Source: Arenicellales bacterium (GTDB lineage: Bacteria; Pseudomonadota; Gammaproteobacteria; Arenicellales; JAJDZL01). From it: 64,000 nucleotides of DNA. The stretch spans positions 2,353,221-2,417,220 of the forward strand of contig OZ243928.1 in assembly GCA_965213865.1 (NCBI GenBank), read 5' to 3'. Below the pieces are notes generated by a model. It saw nothing but the letters and a program-made list of their open reading frames with translations. It ran no database searches and was not told the DNA's origin. Shown here in pieces: positions 61,768 through 64,000 of the stretch (position 1 is the first letter of the stretch; the number at the start of each line of letters is the position of its first letter). A program made the translations under genes and the position numbers.

Positions 61768-63084
61768 ATGACTGATTGCAACGTCCCCAGCCGCACCATC
61801 TTCTGCGATGACAACCTGGACATCATGCGGGGCATCAACTCCGAGTGCATTGATCTGATCTATCTGGATCCGCCGTTCAACAAGAACAAGAAGTTCACTG
61901 CGCCGATCGGCTCAAGCGCGGAGGGGGCAGAGTTCAGCGATATATTCAGGAAAGAAGATGTCAAGGACGAGCGGCTGGTGACAATCCGTGAGGATCACCC
62001 GGAGCTGTATCATTATCTGAACGGCATCAAGGGAGTCGGCAATTCCTACAACTTTGCTTACCTGGCCTACATGGCCATCCGGCTGCTTGAATGCCATCGG
62101 ATCTTGAAATCTGCGGGCAGTGCATATCTGCACTGCGATCCCACGATGAGCCATTACCTGAAGTCTTTGATGGATTGCATTTTTGGCGAAGGTAATTTTC
62201 GAAATGAAATTGTGTGGCACTACGGGCAGCGAACTTCATTTTTAAAGAGCAGATTCAATGCTAAGCATGATGTTCTTTTATTCTACGCTAAAAGCCGGCA
62301 TTCGATTTTCAATAGAGTGCCGATTGAGTGGAAGCGAGAAGAATTTTCAACCCGGCGGCATGACATAAAAATTGATGAGTTTGGCGAAGAATTCATATGG
62401 ACAGACGCTGGCAAGAAAGGTGTTCGATACAAGCGATTGGTTGACGATGTGCTGAAACATGGGAAGCCAATGGATGATGTTTGGGACGTTCCAATCCTCA
62501 ATTCGGCCGCTAAAGAGCGTACTGGCTACCCGACACAAAAGCCTCTTGCCCTGCTGGAGAGAATCATCAAGGCATCGAGCAACGAGGGTGATATGGTTTT
62601 CGATCCATTCTGCGGATGCGCTACAACTTGTGTGGCAGCAGAAAGACTTGGCAGGCAGTGGATCGGTGTAGATGTATCGTTCAAGGCTTACGAGCTGGTC
62701 AAGGAGCGGCTGACGAAAGAGGCCGCCGATCCAGAGGATCTATTCAAGTATCAGAATGAGATTTATATGCATGCCGATCCGCCAAAGCGAACTGATTTAG
62801 GCGAAGACTATCGAGAAAAGAAATTTGTTTATGTGATATCCCACCCTGCTTATTCTGATGAATACAAAGTAGGCATTGCCAAAGACTGGAAGTCACGCCT
62901 GAATTCCTATCAGACATCAGACCCTGGCAGGCAATACAAGATTGAGTTTAAATTTGAGACACCGTATTTTCGAGAGACTGAAAGACATATCCATGACATA
63001 TTCCCCAACAGACATGAGTGGGTGCAGGGGGATTTGGCAGAGATTAAGAGCGCAATCAAGCAGTACACTGGAGAGCGACCATAA
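61768..63084 (+). CDS. DNA methyltransferase (N4/N6, beta-class order) fused to a C-terminal T5orf172/GIY-YIG-like domain
   Basis: Motif IV is IYLDPPFN near the N-terminus and motif I is VFDPFCGCATT near residue 280. The last ~100 aa are FVYVISHPAYSDEYKVGIAKDWKSRLNSYQTSDP...HEWV. Confidence 0.75.
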   Translation: MTDCNVPSRTIFCDDNLDIMRGINSECIDLIYLDPPFNKNKKFTAPIGSSAEGAEFSDIFRKEDVKDERLVTIREDHPELYHYLNGIKGVGNSYNFAYLAYMAIRLLECHRILKSAGSAYLHCDPTMSHYLKSLMDCIFGEGNFRNEIVWHYGQRTSFLKSRFNAKHDVLLFYAKSRHSIFNRVPIEWKREEFSTRRHDIKIDEFGEEFIWTDAGKKGVRYKRLVDDVLKHGKPMDDVWDVPILNSAAKERTGYPTQKPLALLERIIKASSNEGDMVFDPFCGCATTCVAAERLGRQWIGVDVSFKAYELVKERLTKEAADPEDLFKYQNEIYMHADPPKRTDLGEDYREKKFVYVISHPAYSDEYKVGIAKDWKSRLNSYQTSDPGRQYKIEFKFETPYFRETERHIHDIFPNRHEWVQGDLAEIKSAIKQYTGERP

Positions 63085-63116
63085 AAGACCGATCCAAACA
63101 GCATCCAGACCGAGAG

Positions 63117-63734
63117 TTGAAAGGCGCAGCTCCCGTATCTCTAGAACCCTCCAAACCCATTGTGCTGGCATCTTCATCGGCTGCACGCAAGCAGGTGCTG
63201 TCAAGGATCCGGTTGAAATTCACCTGCATCTCGCCGGATATTGATGAAACCCCGCTGCCGAGCGAAATGCCGAGCAAGCTGGTTGGGCGCCTGTCTCAAG
63301 CCAAGGCGGCGACAGTCGCACAAAGATATCCCAGCCATCTGATTATCGGCTCTGATCAGGTTGCCATCCATGATGGCTGTATTATTGGCAAGCCCAAGAA
63401 TCGGCAAGATGCAGTGGAACAGCTGCAGAGCGCATCGGGGCAAGTCATTGAATTGCTGACTGGCGTAGCGCTCTTGAATTCTGCATCAGGTCAAATGCAG
63501 GTCGATGTACTGCCCTATTTCGTCAAATTCAGACCCCTCAGCCTGGCGGCAATTGAAGACTACATTGATCGAGACCAGCCTTACGATTGCGGCGGCAGCT
63601 TGCGCTCTGAAGGTCTGGGCGTAGCGCTGCTTGAGGAGTTCCGCGGCAGTGACCCGAATATTCTGCTCGGCCTGCCGCTGATCCGTCTTATCGACATGCT
63701 GGCCAGTCAGGGTGTTCATCCGTTGCGAGCCTGA
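63117..63734 (+). CDS. Maf-family nucleoside-triphosphate pyrophosphatase (YceF-like)
   Basis: VLASSSAARKQVL...PDIDE and GSDQV motifs. It is divergent from rpmF, as in E. coli yceF. Confidence 0.85.
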   Translation: MKGAAPVSLEPSKPIVLASSSAARKQVLSRIRLKFTCISPDIDETPLPSEMPSKLVGRLSQAKAATVAQRYPSHLIIGSDQVAIHDGCIIGKPKNRQDAVEQLQSASGQVIELLTGVALLNSASGQMQVDVLPYFVKFRPLSLAAIEDYIDRDQPYDCGGSLRSEGLGVALLEEFRGSDPNILLGLPLIRLIDMLASQGVHPLRA

Positions 63735-64000
63735 TCGTTACAGTTTCTTATCGCAAGATTGATCCGATTTACTTGAGCTGCTAGTTTTGATCAAAGGATA
63801 TCAAATCATAAGTGGGCATCATTTCAGTATCGTGTTCTCGCGAACCGCCACAAATTGCCGGCAAAACTCATAGCAGGTGGATCCATCGACGCACTCTCCA
63901 TTTTGCAGATTAAAACCTGATCAGCTAGTGCTATTCAGTTTGGCTAAGATTTGATCCCGCAATTCAATTCTATAGATCATCAGGATCTGTTCTTTCTCTG

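Overview
About 50% GC proteobacterial chromosome with gammaproteobacterial-type synteny. Core blocks are lysS-lolCD; a Cys-type formate dehydrogenase locus with DUF3305, DUF3306, polyferredoxin, TorD-like and FdhD accessories; lpxK-kdsB-ptp-ldt-nagZ; efp; uvrC-pgsA-tRNA(Gly,Cys,Leu); and ycfH-holB-tmk-mltG-fabF-acpP-fabG-fabH-plsX-rpmF divergent from maf. Accessory DNA, mostly AT-richer by eye, sits between these blocks. (1) 3.4-11.2 kb holds a BrnT/BrnA toxin-antitoxin pair plus a decayed antitoxin copy. It also holds a three-gene envelope-type operon headed by a G9 tract, and a DUF4143 AAA ATPase and a PD-(D/E)XK nuclease flanking a 260-bp element closed by a 21-bp inverted repeat. (2) A second DUF4143 ATPase is wedged between pgsA and the tRNA array. 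(3) About 18.5 kb lies between tRNA-Leu and ycfH. It contains a decayed AbiEi/AbiEii pair, two near-identical 852-bp IS5-family copies, a predicted sulfolactate/DHPS cluster (split UxaA-type lyase, HisD-like dehydrogenase, SDR, Zn-ADH, Ldh_2), a compact type II R-M pair, a 994-bp direct duplication of ycfH plus the holB 3' end, and an uncharacterised three-gene cassette whose last gene is split by the second IS. (4) A DNA methyltransferase fused to a T5orf172-like domain sits between rpmF and maf. The cassette at 50.2-52.5 kb and the ATPase/nuclease module at 7.9-11.2 kb are the best candidates for something undescribed. All family calls come from motifs read by eye; no searches were run.
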